In this document: one piece after another, positions 17,950 through 26,845 of the stretch
How positions within the stretch are numbered: the stretch's first letter is position 1
How the letters are laid out: each line of letters starts with the position of its first letter
NCBI GenBank assembly: GCA_040755615.1
Contig: JBFMAL010000012.1
Span: 7-64,006 of the forward strand
Direction of reading: 5' to 3'
Origin: Bacillota bacterium
Lineage (GTDB): Bacteria; Bacillota; Sulfobacillia; DUSP01; DYEP01
DNA length: 64,000 nucleotides
Program-made: the position numbers and the translations under genes
Notes under the pieces: model-generated
Told to the model about the DNA's origin: nothing
Database searches by the model: none
What the model saw: only the letters and a program-made list of their open reading frames with translations

Positions 17950-19158
17950 CTAACGCGTCCTTAGCGTATTCATGATAAACCCCGGGCGGCAGAGACTTGT
18001 TTCTACGGTAATCTCCACCGGCAGGCGCCTGAAGATGTCCTCCCACCGCCCGGCGACTTCCGCCCAAAGCTCTGGGTGTTTCCTGTACAAGAGATTGCCA
18101 AACCCGAATACATCTGAGCCCAGCTCCTGTGCCTTGGCGAGCGCCATCTCTATATCGTTCCTCACTACCTCCGACAGCCTTCTCCTGATGAGAAGAACCG
18201 TCTCTTCGTCCGTCAGGTTGAGGTCGGGTACGATTCCTGCCGGACCGGATACTTCAGTTAGGGACACACCCATCTGCACCTTCACCTTCATCCTGACCTC
18301 CCGGCTATCTACCACAGGTTCAACCGTCGCGCTTGACGTGACTACCAACAGACTGGCCAGGCAACCCCCGGGCAACTCGACCAGCAGCAACCCACGACGG
18401 TTTCGCGTCTTTACCCAGTTCCACCCCCTCGTCTCCCTTTCACCCATCCAGCCCACCAGCCGAGGTCCGCAGAATGCGGCTGATCCAAACATGTCCATGG
18501 GAGGTGTTCCCGGCATCTCAGTGGATTTGGATTCCGGTTCTGCAGTAGTTACCCTCACCCTGGGCAGCAGTATGTCCTGGCCGGGCCTCAAGTACTCCAC
18601 AACCTTGATCAGGAGCGGCTCGGACGTGCTCACTGCCATCCGGCGCCCGAACGTATTGATCATCCTGCCAATACCGGTAGCCGGTATAGACTCGGGCGGG
18701 AATTGTGCCCGCATCAGCTTGTCGAGGTCTCCTTCGACCACAGCGATGCCTGCCAAGAGGCGCAGCTGCCGTTCCCTCGTTACCATATCTACAACCGGGT
18801 CTATCCCCTCCCTGGCTAGCCGCTCTGAGAGCAGGATGACCCGCACGTGCCCGAGGCTCAGCTCTCTCGTCATGACCCTGTGTAAGTTTTGCAGCGCTTG
18901 AGACAGCGTCTGTCCTTTTTCTGATTGGGTAAGGAACGGCTGTGCTGCGCCACCGCCTCCCCCGCCTTTATCCGACTGCGTCATCGCCGCCTGCGGCATA
19001 GGCGACTGGGCTATCACCAGGTAATTTCCTTCCTCGTCCACGTCAAAACCGAGGACCTGCACGTGTACCAGTTCTTCGGGCTCTCGTATGTCCCAACAGC
19101 CAGCCAGCAGTACGGAACAGAGTACGAGGGCCCAGGCGAACCTCGATACTGTCGGCAT
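17950..19158 (-). CDS. Spore germinant receptor C subunit (Ger(x)C lipoprotein)
   Basis: Lipobox LAGCWD.RE.EE, SLGHVRVILLSERLAREG, DVFGFG; GGAGG SD before ATG 19158. Confidence 0.92.
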   Translation of the reverse strand: MPTVSRFAWALVLCSVLLAGCWDIREPEELVHVQVLGFDVDEEGNYLVIAQSPMPQAAMTQSDKGGGGGGAAQPFLTQSEKGQTLSQALQNLHRVMTRELSLGHVRVILLSERLAREGIDPVVDMVTRERQLRLLAGIAVVEGDLDKLMRAQFPPESIPATGIGRMINTFGRRMAVSTSEPLLIKVVEYLRPGQDILLPRVRVTTAEPESKSTEMPGTPPMDMFGSAAFCGPRLVGWMGERETRGWNWVKTRNRRGLLLVELPGGCLASLLVVTSSATVEPVVDSREVRMKVKVQMGVSLTEVSGPAGIVPDLNLTDEETVLLIRRRLSEVVRNDIEMALAKAQELGSDVFGFGNLLYRKHPELWAEVAGRWEDIFRRLPVEITVETSLCRPGFIMNTLRTR

Positions 19159-19174
19159 CGCACCGCCTCCTGAT

Positions 19175-20260
19175 CTACAGTCGCCTGATGAGATATGCGG
19201 CCCAGAGAAGCAGGAATGGTACAAACATGATGACGGTGATGTAAGGGAATATCACCTCGGGGCGAAACAGTGCGAGCACTTCGAAAACGTCATCATAGCC
19301 GTGTACCGCTAGCAACGCCCACACCACGGCCATGGGCGCCACCAATGGCCGGTAATCTCTGAGGCCGAAAAGCTGAGACATGCCTCGTGAGCCGCAGTAA
19401 AGGAACAACGTCACGTCGATGAGCAGCCCAAATCCCCATGCTATGGTCCCGAAGACATCTACGCGCTCAAGGAACCTGGGGGCGAGCTCCAAGGACCGGG
19501 TCATCAGGAAGAAGGGAAATACGGTCCTTGAACCCAGTTCGGGGCCTAACGTACCCACAACTGTCACTGCTGCCAGCACCAGCACCACCCCATTCAGCAG
19601 CGCAGCAAGGATGGCTGCGGACACGGCCTTCTTAGGCGCGGTAAGCACCGGCACGAGCATGGAAATGCCAATGAACTGAGCCCCCACGGCAATGGGCGTG
19701 ATCGTTCCCGATAGCACAGGTCCCACGCCCCGGGCAAGAACAGGCTCTAAATTGGCCGCGTCTATGCGCCGCATGGCCACCAGCATGCTCGCAATCACAA
19801 AAGCGGTAAAGAGGAAGATAAGCGCGTCCGCCAGCCGGCCTAATGACTCAATCCCCTGGTACACGATAAGGCTGGCGAGCACGACCATCGAGGACACAAT
19901 GAAAAGCAGGGGCGTGTTTGGAAGGTATCCAGTAACCAACACCTCTGCATAAAGCCTTGAGTCGGTGGCTGCGATGTGCAAAAACAGCCAAAGAAAGCCC
20001 AGCGAAATAAGGCCACCGAGGTATTTCCCAAGGAGTTTCCGGCTGTATTCGATTACGGTCATCTCAGGGAATCTGGCGCCCAGGGCAGCTATACCGACGG
20101 CGATAACTACCGTGACGAAGAGCGTCAATAGGGCGGAAGCCCATGCGTCCTGACCCGCGTTCCCGCTAGTAAGTACGGGCAAGGTGGCGATGATAAAGGT
20201 GGTCCGGATCATGAAAATTATAAATCCCATTTGCCGGTTGGCGATCCTCTCAACTCTCAT
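19175..20260 (-). CDS. Spore germinant receptor B subunit (GerAB family permease)
   Basis: AGQDAW, LPNTP, GIESLGR, FLERVD; about 10 TMs. Confidence 0.92.
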   Translation of the reverse strand: MRVERIANRQMGFIIFMIRTTFIIATLPVLTSGNAGQDAWASALLTLFVTVVIAVGIAALGARFPEMTVIEYSRKLLGKYLGGLISLGFLWLFLHIAATDSRLYAEVLVTGYLPNTPLLFIVSSMVVLASLIVYQGIESLGRLADALIFLFTAFVIASMLVAMRRIDAANLEPVLARGVGPVLSGTITPIAVGAQFIGISMLVPVLTAPKKAVSAAILAALLNGVVLVLAAVTVVGTLGPELGSRTVFPFFLMTRSLELAPRFLERVDVFGTIAWGFGLLIDVTLFLYCGSRGMSQLFGLRDYRPLVAPMAVVWALLAVHGYDDVFEVLALFRPEVIFPYITVIMFVPFLLLWAAYLIRRL

Positions 20261-21882
20261 CTCTTTTCCTTTTCCTCTTTCTCTATGCTCTGCCGCGGCC
20301 TTCTGCCCCCGGCAGCGCGGACTGGCTCCCTGAGGGCCTCAAGGAAGGGTCGCTTCGTCATACTCCACCACCATGTTCTCAGGAATACGTCCTTGAAATC
20401 GCTCAGAATGAGCGGACCTGCCGGGGCGAAATACGGGTAACCAAAAGACCGCAGCCCGATAAGGTAGATGATTACCGCCAAGAAGGCGAATTGAATGCCG
20501 AAAAGCCCGAAAGTGCCGCCGAAAATGATGAAGACGAACCTGAACAGCCTCGCCGCTATGCCGTAGGAAAAGGTAGGTACCGTAAATGAGGCGATGGCTG
20601 TGAGCGCCACGATGATGACAACCGGGGGTGATACAAGCCCCGCCCGTATCGCAGCATCTCCCAGCACCAGCGCTCCGACGATGCTGATGGCAGGCCCGAT
20701 GGCGCGCGGGAGCCGGATGCCCGCTTCCCTGAGGAGCTCAAATACCATTTCCATGACGAGCACCTCGAACAGTACAGGAAACGGTACGCCTTCTTTGGAC
20801 GCGCTGATACTGATCAAAAGGTCCGTGGGAAACAGCTCGTTGTGGAAGGTCAAAGCAGCCACGTAAAACCCTGGCAGCACCACGGACATCCAGAACCCCA
20901 CTACACGGAGCAGCCTGAGGAAGGCGCCGATCGGCACTTTCTCGTAATAGTCGTCGGGGGCCTGGGTGAGCATGAAGAAGTTCATCGGGACCACTAACAC
21001 GAATGGCGTGGCCTGGGTGAAGATGGCTACCCTGCCTTCAAGCAGCATGCTCGCCACCCTGTCGGGCCTTTCCGTCCTGAATATGGTAGGGAATACCGAA
21101 AAGGGATTGTCCTCGATGAATTCCTCTACGTAGCCGCTCTCGAGGATACCGTCTATCTTTATCCTCCGCACCCTCTGACGTACTTCCTGGACAAGTTCTT
21201 CGCTCGCCAGTCCCTTAATATACATGATGGCCACCTGGGTCCGGGTCAGGTCCCCCAGCGTGAATTGCTCCATCCACAGGTTCGGCGTCCTGACCCTCCG
21301 TCTTATCATGGAGACGTTCGTTTCTATGCTCTCCACAAAACCCTCTCTGGGGCCGCGGATCACAGTCTCCGACGCGGGCTCCTGCACCGCCCGGGTGGCA
21401 AAGCCCTGGGTATTCAGTGTGAGCGCCTTAGCCGTCCCATCAAAGAGCACCGCGGCGTGGCCCTGCGCCAGGTTCGTCCACATGTTATCGAAGTTCGTCA
21501 CTTCCATTACATCCGATGACTGGGCCAGCCTATCTCTGAACTCGCTGAATATGGTGTGCCTGGACGCATTACCCACCGGGGACTCGAGCAAGCCCAGTGT
21601 GAGCACGTTAGTGATGCGCTCAAGGAGCACCGTGTCAACAAACCCCTTGATGTGGATGAGCGCCGCGGGTATCCGGCCGCGGCCCACTTTTAGCCGCCTC
21701 GTGATCACATCGCTCGACGGGCCCACGACCGCCCTCAGCATCTCCAGGTTATCCTCCAGTGAGGCCACAAGGGGCAGTTGCTTTTCAACGGCCTCTCGCC
21801 GACTGATGTCCAACCGGTCGTCTTTCAGTTCGCTGAGGCCCGGGTCTGACTGTCTATGAAAGAGGTTTCTGAAAAACCGCAT
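20257..21882 (-). CDS. Spore germinant receptor A subunit
   Basis: EPASETVIRGPREGFVE, TERPDRVASMLLEGR, ELLREAGIRLP, ISIVGALVLGDAAI. Confidence 0.95.
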   Translation of the reverse strand: MRFFRNLFHRQSDPGLSELKDDRLDISRREAVEKQLPLVASLEDNLEMLRAVVGPSSDVITRRLKVGRGRIPAALIHIKGFVDTVLLERITNVLTLGLLESPVGNASRHTIFSEFRDRLAQSSDVMEVTNFDNMWTNLAQGHAAVLFDGTAKALTLNTQGFATRAVQEPASETVIRGPREGFVESIETNVSMIRRRVRTPNLWMEQFTLGDLTRTQVAIMYIKGLASEELVQEVRQRVRRIKIDGILESGYVEEFIEDNPFSVFPTIFRTERPDRVASMLLEGRVAIFTQATPFVLVVPMNFFMLTQAPDDYYEKVPIGAFLRLLRVVGFWMSVVLPGFYVAALTFHNELFPTDLLISISASKEGVPFPVLFEVLVMEMVFELLREAGIRLPRAIGPAISIVGALVLGDAAIRAGLVSPPVVIIVALTAIASFTVPTFSYGIAARLFRFVFIIFGGTFGLFGIQFAFLAVIIYLIGLRSFGYPYFAPAGPLILSDFKDVFLRTWWWSMTKRPFLEALREPVRAAGGRRPRQSIEKEEKEKR

Positions 21883-22021
21883 GCTCGGCATCTCCCGCAC
21901 ATCTGTTACCGCACATCTGTTAAATGATAATATCTGCAACTTGAGTAGAATTTAGCAGTCCGGGCAAAAAAAGTAGGGCTCACTCGATGGGGACTGGTGG
22001 CGTGCCGCGAAGAGGAAGGGG

Positions 22022-22048
22022 GAAGGAAATGTCGGGGAAAGGTCGAAT
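22022..22048 (+). promoter_or_regulatory. sigmaH-like promoter
   Basis: GAAGGAAAT-N11-GTCGAAT. Confidence 0.6.
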
Positions 22049-22106
22049 CTGGAATCTCAATGATTGACCAGTCCAGGCCTTCCATTGGCCGTCAGGAGGA
22101 GTTTGT

Positions 22107-24095
22107 ATGCGTTGGTACCGAAGCGTGTGCCCGCTTGACTGCTTCGCTCATTGCGGTCTGCTCGTGGCGGCGGACCGCGGGAAAGTGGTGAGCGTGAAAG
22201 GAGACCCCGATCACCCCCTCACGAAGGGGCTTGTGTGCAGTAAGGCAAAAAAGCACGTGGAGCGCACGTACAGCCCTGAGAGAATCCTTACGCCTCTTGC
22301 CCGGGAGGGTCAGGGATTCAGGCGGATCACCTGGGACGAGGCATACGACACAATCGCAGAAAGACTGAGTCGCATCAAACAGCGGTACGGCAGCCTTGCG
22401 CTACTGCATCATGATGGTTCCGGCTATGAGGGCATACTGTCAAACCTCGCAATGAGATTCTGCAACGCCTATGGAGGTCCCACGCTGCCCGAAGGCAGTA
22501 CCTGCTGGGGAGCAGGCTATGCGGCCCAGACGTATGATTTCGGTGCGCCCGGTACCCATGACTGGTCTGATCTTTCAAACTCCCGCTGCATTGTGCTCTG
22601 GGGAAGGGATCCGTCGAGGACCAACATCCACGCTATACCCCACATCCGGAAGGCTCAACGGAACGGGACCAAGCTTTTGGTAATCAACCCGCTGAGCATA
22701 GACACACCGGGCGAGCCGGACCTTCATATCGCCCCGCGCCCGGGTACGGACGGCGCACTTGCACTTGCCATGGCTCACGTGATGATTAGCGAAGGGCTGA
22801 TTGACTGGGAGTTCATATCACAGCACGTGCACGGTTTCCCTGAGTATAGCCGGCTTGTTGACGGCTTTACACCCGGCAGGGCGGCCGAAATTTGCGATGT
22901 GCCTGAAGCGTCCATACGGAAGGCAGCGAGGATGTACGCCACGCACAAGCCGTCCGCCATTCTCCTTGGCTACGGTCTTCAGCGCTACTCCAACGGAGGA
23001 CAGACTGTGCGCGCGATCGATGCCCTCTGCGCCATCACGGGAAACATCGGGGTGCCTGGCGGGGGAGCAAGCTACGCTCACAGCGGCTGGAAACACATCC
23101 TGGGCAACGTGAAGGGGAACCATCTCGCCCAGTCGCGGCGTACCATCCCGTGGCCGCGCCTGGGAACCGGCATCATGGAAGCGGATGACCCGCCCATCCG
23201 GGCAATCCTTGTAACGCGCTCAAATCCAGTAACCCAGCTCGCCCATACCGCCCGGGTGGAATCCGCATTTGCCCAGGCAGAGTTCGTTGTGGTTGTGGAC
23301 TTCTTTATGAACGATACGGCCGCGCTCGCAGACGTCGTCCTGCCTCCTGCAGGCCCGTTTGAACACGAGGACGTAGTCTGCAACTCGTGGAACCCGTATA
23401 TCGCTCTCGCCCCTCGGATCATCCCGCCTCTTGGGGAGGCCCGGCCGGACGCGCAAATCTTCTGCGACCTGGCCAGGCACATGGGGCTTTCCGCCTTCGG
23501 GTCGACGGATCCGGGAGAATGGTTGAAGGAAGCGCTGGCACCCGCAGCTTTGTACGGTATAAGTCTTGAACGCCTGAAACAAGGGCCTATCAGACACCCG
23601 CTCATCGGCCCTGTCGCGTGGCAGGACCGAAAGTTCCCGACGCCAAGCGGGAAATATGAGTTGTACTCGGATCTGGCAGCTCAAAAGGGCATAAATCCGC
23701 TGCCTGATTACGTCCCGGCTGCAGAGGCGGGAGCGCCGGCAGCGGGCTACACACTGCACCTGCTAACACCGCACCACCGGGACTACCTGCACTCCCAGTT
23801 CGTCAACCTCGGAAACGAGGGAGACGAACTGCTCGCACCGATCGTGTGGCTGCACCCTCGGGCGGCCAGAGAGCGCGGACTTACAGACGGAGACCGCGTG
23901 ACGGTCAGCACGCCTCGTGGCACGTTGTCCGCCACCGTACGGCTCACGGACAGCCAAAGGGAGGATACGGCTGTTATCTTCCAGGGCGGGTGGCGGAAGT
24001 TCGGTGCGGGGGTCAACCTGCTAACGCCGGAGCGCGAATCTGACATGGGGCTTACCATCCCTTACTACGACTGCCTCTGTGAAGTTCAGGGCTGA
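22107..24095 (+). CDS. Cytoplasmic molybdopterin (bis-MGD) oxidoreductase, DMSO-reductase superfamily, uncharacterised branch
   Basis: CPLDCFAHC..C 4Fe-4S motif, PRPGTDGALAL, DFFMNDTAALADVVLP, C-terminal HSQF/LHP..A..RG; no Tat signal. Confidence 0.9.
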   Translation: MRWYRSVCPLDCFAHCGLLVAADRGKVVSVKGDPDHPLTKGLVCSKAKKHVERTYSPERILTPLAREGQGFRRITWDEAYDTIAERLSRIKQRYGSLALLHHDGSGYEGILSNLAMRFCNAYGGPTLPEGSTCWGAGYAAQTYDFGAPGTHDWSDLSNSRCIVLWGRDPSRTNIHAIPHIRKAQRNGTKLLVINPLSIDTPGEPDLHIAPRPGTDGALALAMAHVMISEGLIDWEFISQHVHGFPEYSRLVDGFTPGRAAEICDVPEASIRKAARMYATHKPSAILLGYGLQRYSNGGQTVRAIDALCAITGNIGVPGGGASYAHSGWKHILGNVKGNHLAQSRRTIPWPRLGTGIMEADDPPIRAILVTRSNPVTQLAHTARVESAFAQAEFVVVVDFFMNDTAALADVVLPPAGPFEHEDVVCNSWNPYIALAPRIIPPLGEARPDAQIFCDLARHMGLSAFGSTDPGEWLKEALAPAALYGISLERLKQGPIRHPLIGPVAWQDRKFPTPSGKYELYSDLAAQKGINPLPDYVPAAEAGAPAAGYTLHLLTPHHRDYLHSQFVNLGNEGDELLAPIVWLHPRAARERGLTDGDRVTVSTPRGTLSATVRLTDSQREDTAVIFQGGWRKFGAGVNLLTPERESDMGLTIPYYDCLCEVQG

Positions 24096-24262
24096 CGGTT
24101 GGTTTTTGACGAAGGGCCGTACCTCACCGGAAGGCTGCCCATCACGCAGTTTATCGTCCACGGCGGTGAGCACTGAGGGGCAAGGGGGATCTTTTTGCTC
24201 AAACCAGACATCCGAAAGAAAGTTGCGGTAGACATCTTTGTATACTTCACTGCTGGAAGCGC

Positions 24263-24289
24263 GGGAACAAATTGTAAGTGGCGTACGTC
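24263..24289 (+). promoter_or_regulatory. ECF-sigma-type promoter
   Basis: GGGAAC-N17-CGTC. Confidence 0.65.
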
Positions 24290-24359
24290 TTCTGTGTATA
24301 TCGGATATCCTGCGGAGGCGGCCAATGCTTCGACTTCATTACTTTCTGGAGTGATGTGA

Positions 24360-25115
24360 ATGGTCCTAGTAGAGCTTAACGGTATTCGTCGTGTCTACCG
24401 GCTGGGCCGCATTGAAGTGCACGCACTTCGCGGCGTGTCGGTGCACATAGAGAAGGGGGAGTTCGTGTCTATCATGGGACCCTCGGGTTCCGGCAAGTCC
24501 ACTCTCCTGAACATCCTCGGGTGCCTGGACCGGCCCACATCAGGAGAGTTCAGGCTCTTAGGAAAGGACGTAACGCACCTCAGTGACAACAGCCTGTCCG
24601 AATTGCGCAACCGTTTCTTTGGTTTCGTGTTTCAATCCTTCAACCTGCTCCATCATTTCACCGCCAGGGAAAACGTGGAATTACCATTGGTCTACCGCGG
24701 CGTGGGCGCGAGGGAGCGTAGAGTGCGGGCGATCGAAGCCCTGGAAAGCCTCGGACTCGGAGACCGCGTGAATCACCGGCCTACCGAACTCTCGGGCGGT
24801 GAGCAACAGCGCGTGGCCCTGGCGCGCGCTTTGGTCGCTGAGCCATCGGTGATCCTCGCCGACGAACCCACAGGTAACCTGGACAGCCGTACCGGGGCAG
24901 ACATTATGGCCATCTTCCAGCGGCTCAATGAGGAACGTGGCATCACCATCATCCAGGTGACGCACGAGGAGAGTATCGCCCGCCATGGCCGCAGGATCCT
25001 GTACATGCGTGACGGGCTCCTTGAGCAGGAAGAGAGAGTGCACCAGCCGTTGCGCGCTGAGGAATTCGTATCCGTTGGAAATGTTGAGGCCAGACAGGAG
25101 GGGCGATCATGGTAA
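24360..25115 (+). CDS. ABC transporter ATP-binding protein (MacB/YknY/LolD type)
   Basis: GPSGSGKST, LSGGEQQRVALARAL, ILADEPTGNLD. Confidence 0.95.
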   Translation: MVLVELNGIRRVYRLGRIEVHALRGVSVHIEKGEFVSIMGPSGSGKSTLLNILGCLDRPTSGEFRLLGKDVTHLSDNSLSELRNRFFGFVFQSFNLLHHFTARENVELPLVYRGVGARERRVRAIEALESLGLGDRVNHRPTELSGGEQQRVALARALVAEPSVILADEPTGNLDSRTGADIMAIFQRLNEERGITIIQVTHEESIARHGRRILYMRDGLLEQEERVHQPLRAEEFVSVGNVEARQEGRSW

Positions 25116-26800
25116 GGAATATTCTGGCTACAGTGGTAGTGCTCGCAATCGTGATCACAGGAGCAGTATACGCGTACCGGCAGATGCTTCCGGCACAACC
25201 TGCTGACACTGCGGTAAGGTATGCGACTGCGGAGGTCAGGCGCGGTGATATATCCGTGGGCATCACTGCGCGCGGCATCCTGAATCCCCCGTGGGGCGGC
25301 ACAATTCAAACGCCCTACCCCAAAGGCCCGATGCCCGGCGACTTCTTGCGCGGCTTCATCGTAACAGACGTCCTGGTCAAAGAGGGGGACCCTGTCAAAT
25401 TCGGGCAGCCTGTTATCACGCTTGCCATGGCAGACCTGGATTCTACTATTCAACGGGTGGCGGATGAACTCAACCAGAAACTACAGAACCTCGCGGAACG
25501 CCTGGGTGTACCGGTCTCCGAGGTGAGGAACGTAAACCCGGCAAGAGGCATTACGCTTCGGGCACCCGTAGGCGGCCGCATCGTCGGTCTTTCGATAGCA
25601 GAAGGAAGCAAGATCACACAGGGTACTGCCGTCGCCCGGATCGTTGATGATTCACGGTGGGTAATGACCGCAAAGCTCACCCCAGGCGAGTTCAGTTCGG
25701 TCAAACAGGGCGACCGTGTGCTCGTTCGCTTCCAGGAGTTTGAAGGTCTGACCGAGGCGCGGATTGTGAAGGTAAACCCGAACCCGGTCCCCGAGAAGTC
25801 GAGCAACCTGATTGAGAGCTGGGACCGGAGCGGGAGCACCTCAGACACCGTCCAGTTTGTGTATACAGTAGTAATCGAAGGCGCGAACCCTGGCCTGATC
25901 CGCCCGGGCATGATGGCACAGCTTGCGCTGCCTCCGGCGGACAGCACTTCAACGGACCTGACTCAGCTTTCCATGAGCTCCAGCTGGCTCCGGTATATCG
26001 CTACGGTTGACAGCTACAAGAACGAGGAACAGGTCATAAGTACTGCAAGCGGCAATGTGACACGCGTCTTCGTTCAGGATATGGACACTGTAAAGCCTGG
26101 AGATCCCATCGCCCTCCTGTCCGGTGAGGAGACTCAGTTCGCCATCGAGCGCGACCTGGAACAGATCAAGTCGCTCGAGCTGCAGCTACAGTCGGCACGC
26201 TCATTCGCCAATGAGCTGACGGTGCTCGCTCCCATGGACGGTATCGTCGCGGAAATTCAAGTGCAGCCAGGACGCCAAATTGAACCGTGGTCATACCTCG
26301 GTCGTATCTATGACCCGGCCCAGATGCAGATGATGGTTCAAGTAGACGACACTGACGTACTGCACGTCCAGCAGGGAGCCACAGTCAAGGTAACGCTGGA
26401 CGCGCTCCCTGGCGAGGTGTTTGAAGGCAGGGTCACCAGCGTATCCACCTCAGGCAGGGATCAAAGCGGTATCACCTACTTCTACGTGTGGATTGAAGTA
26501 AAGGGTAATGAGAAAGTACGTCCGGGAATGCAGGCCCAGGCATACATCGAAGCGGGCAGAGCTCAGAATGTGCTGATCATCCCGCTCGAGGCGCTGTTCC
26601 AGGAAGACAGGCAATACAAGGTGGAAATCTTGGAAGACGGCATGCCCGTTACAGTAGTGGTACAGGTCGGCCTGATGAGTGAGTTTGAGGCGGAAATAAA
26701 GAGCGGCCTCGAGGAAGGCCAACTGGTTATCACGGGCAGCACCCGCGACATATTACCAAGTCGTAGCGCACCCGACAGTCTGTTCAAGAAAGCCGACTGA
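25109..26800 (+). CDS. Efflux adaptor / membrane-fusion protein (MacA/YknX-like), unusually long
   Basis: N-terminal TM; repeated lipoyl-like motifs (VKEGDPVKFGQ, APVGG, VKPGDPI, APMDG); C-terminal EIKSGLEEGQLVI. Confidence 0.88.
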   Translation: MVRNILATVVVLAIVITGAVYAYRQMLPAQPADTAVRYATAEVRRGDISVGITARGILNPPWGGTIQTPYPKGPMPGDFLRGFIVTDVLVKEGDPVKFGQPVITLAMADLDSTIQRVADELNQKLQNLAERLGVPVSEVRNVNPARGITLRAPVGGRIVGLSIAEGSKITQGTAVARIVDDSRWVMTAKLTPGEFSSVKQGDRVLVRFQEFEGLTEARIVKVNPNPVPEKSSNLIESWDRSGSTSDTVQFVYTVVIEGANPGLIRPGMMAQLALPPADSTSTDLTQLSMSSSWLRYIATVDSYKNEEQVISTASGNVTRVFVQDMDTVKPGDPIALLSGEETQFAIERDLEQIKSLELQLQSARSFANELTVLAPMDGIVAEIQVQPGRQIEPWSYLGRIYDPAQMQMMVQVDDTDVLHVQQGATVKVTLDALPGEVFEGRVTSVSTSGRDQSGITYFYVWIEVKGNEKVRPGMQAQAYIEAGRAQNVLIIPLEALFQEDRQYKVEILEDGMPVTVVVQVGLMSEFEAEIKSGLEEGQLVITGSTRDILPSRSAPDSLFKKAD

Positions 26801-26845
26801 CCGGGCAACAGGCACTTTGGTAAGTGTGAGTAAGGAGGGACACGC

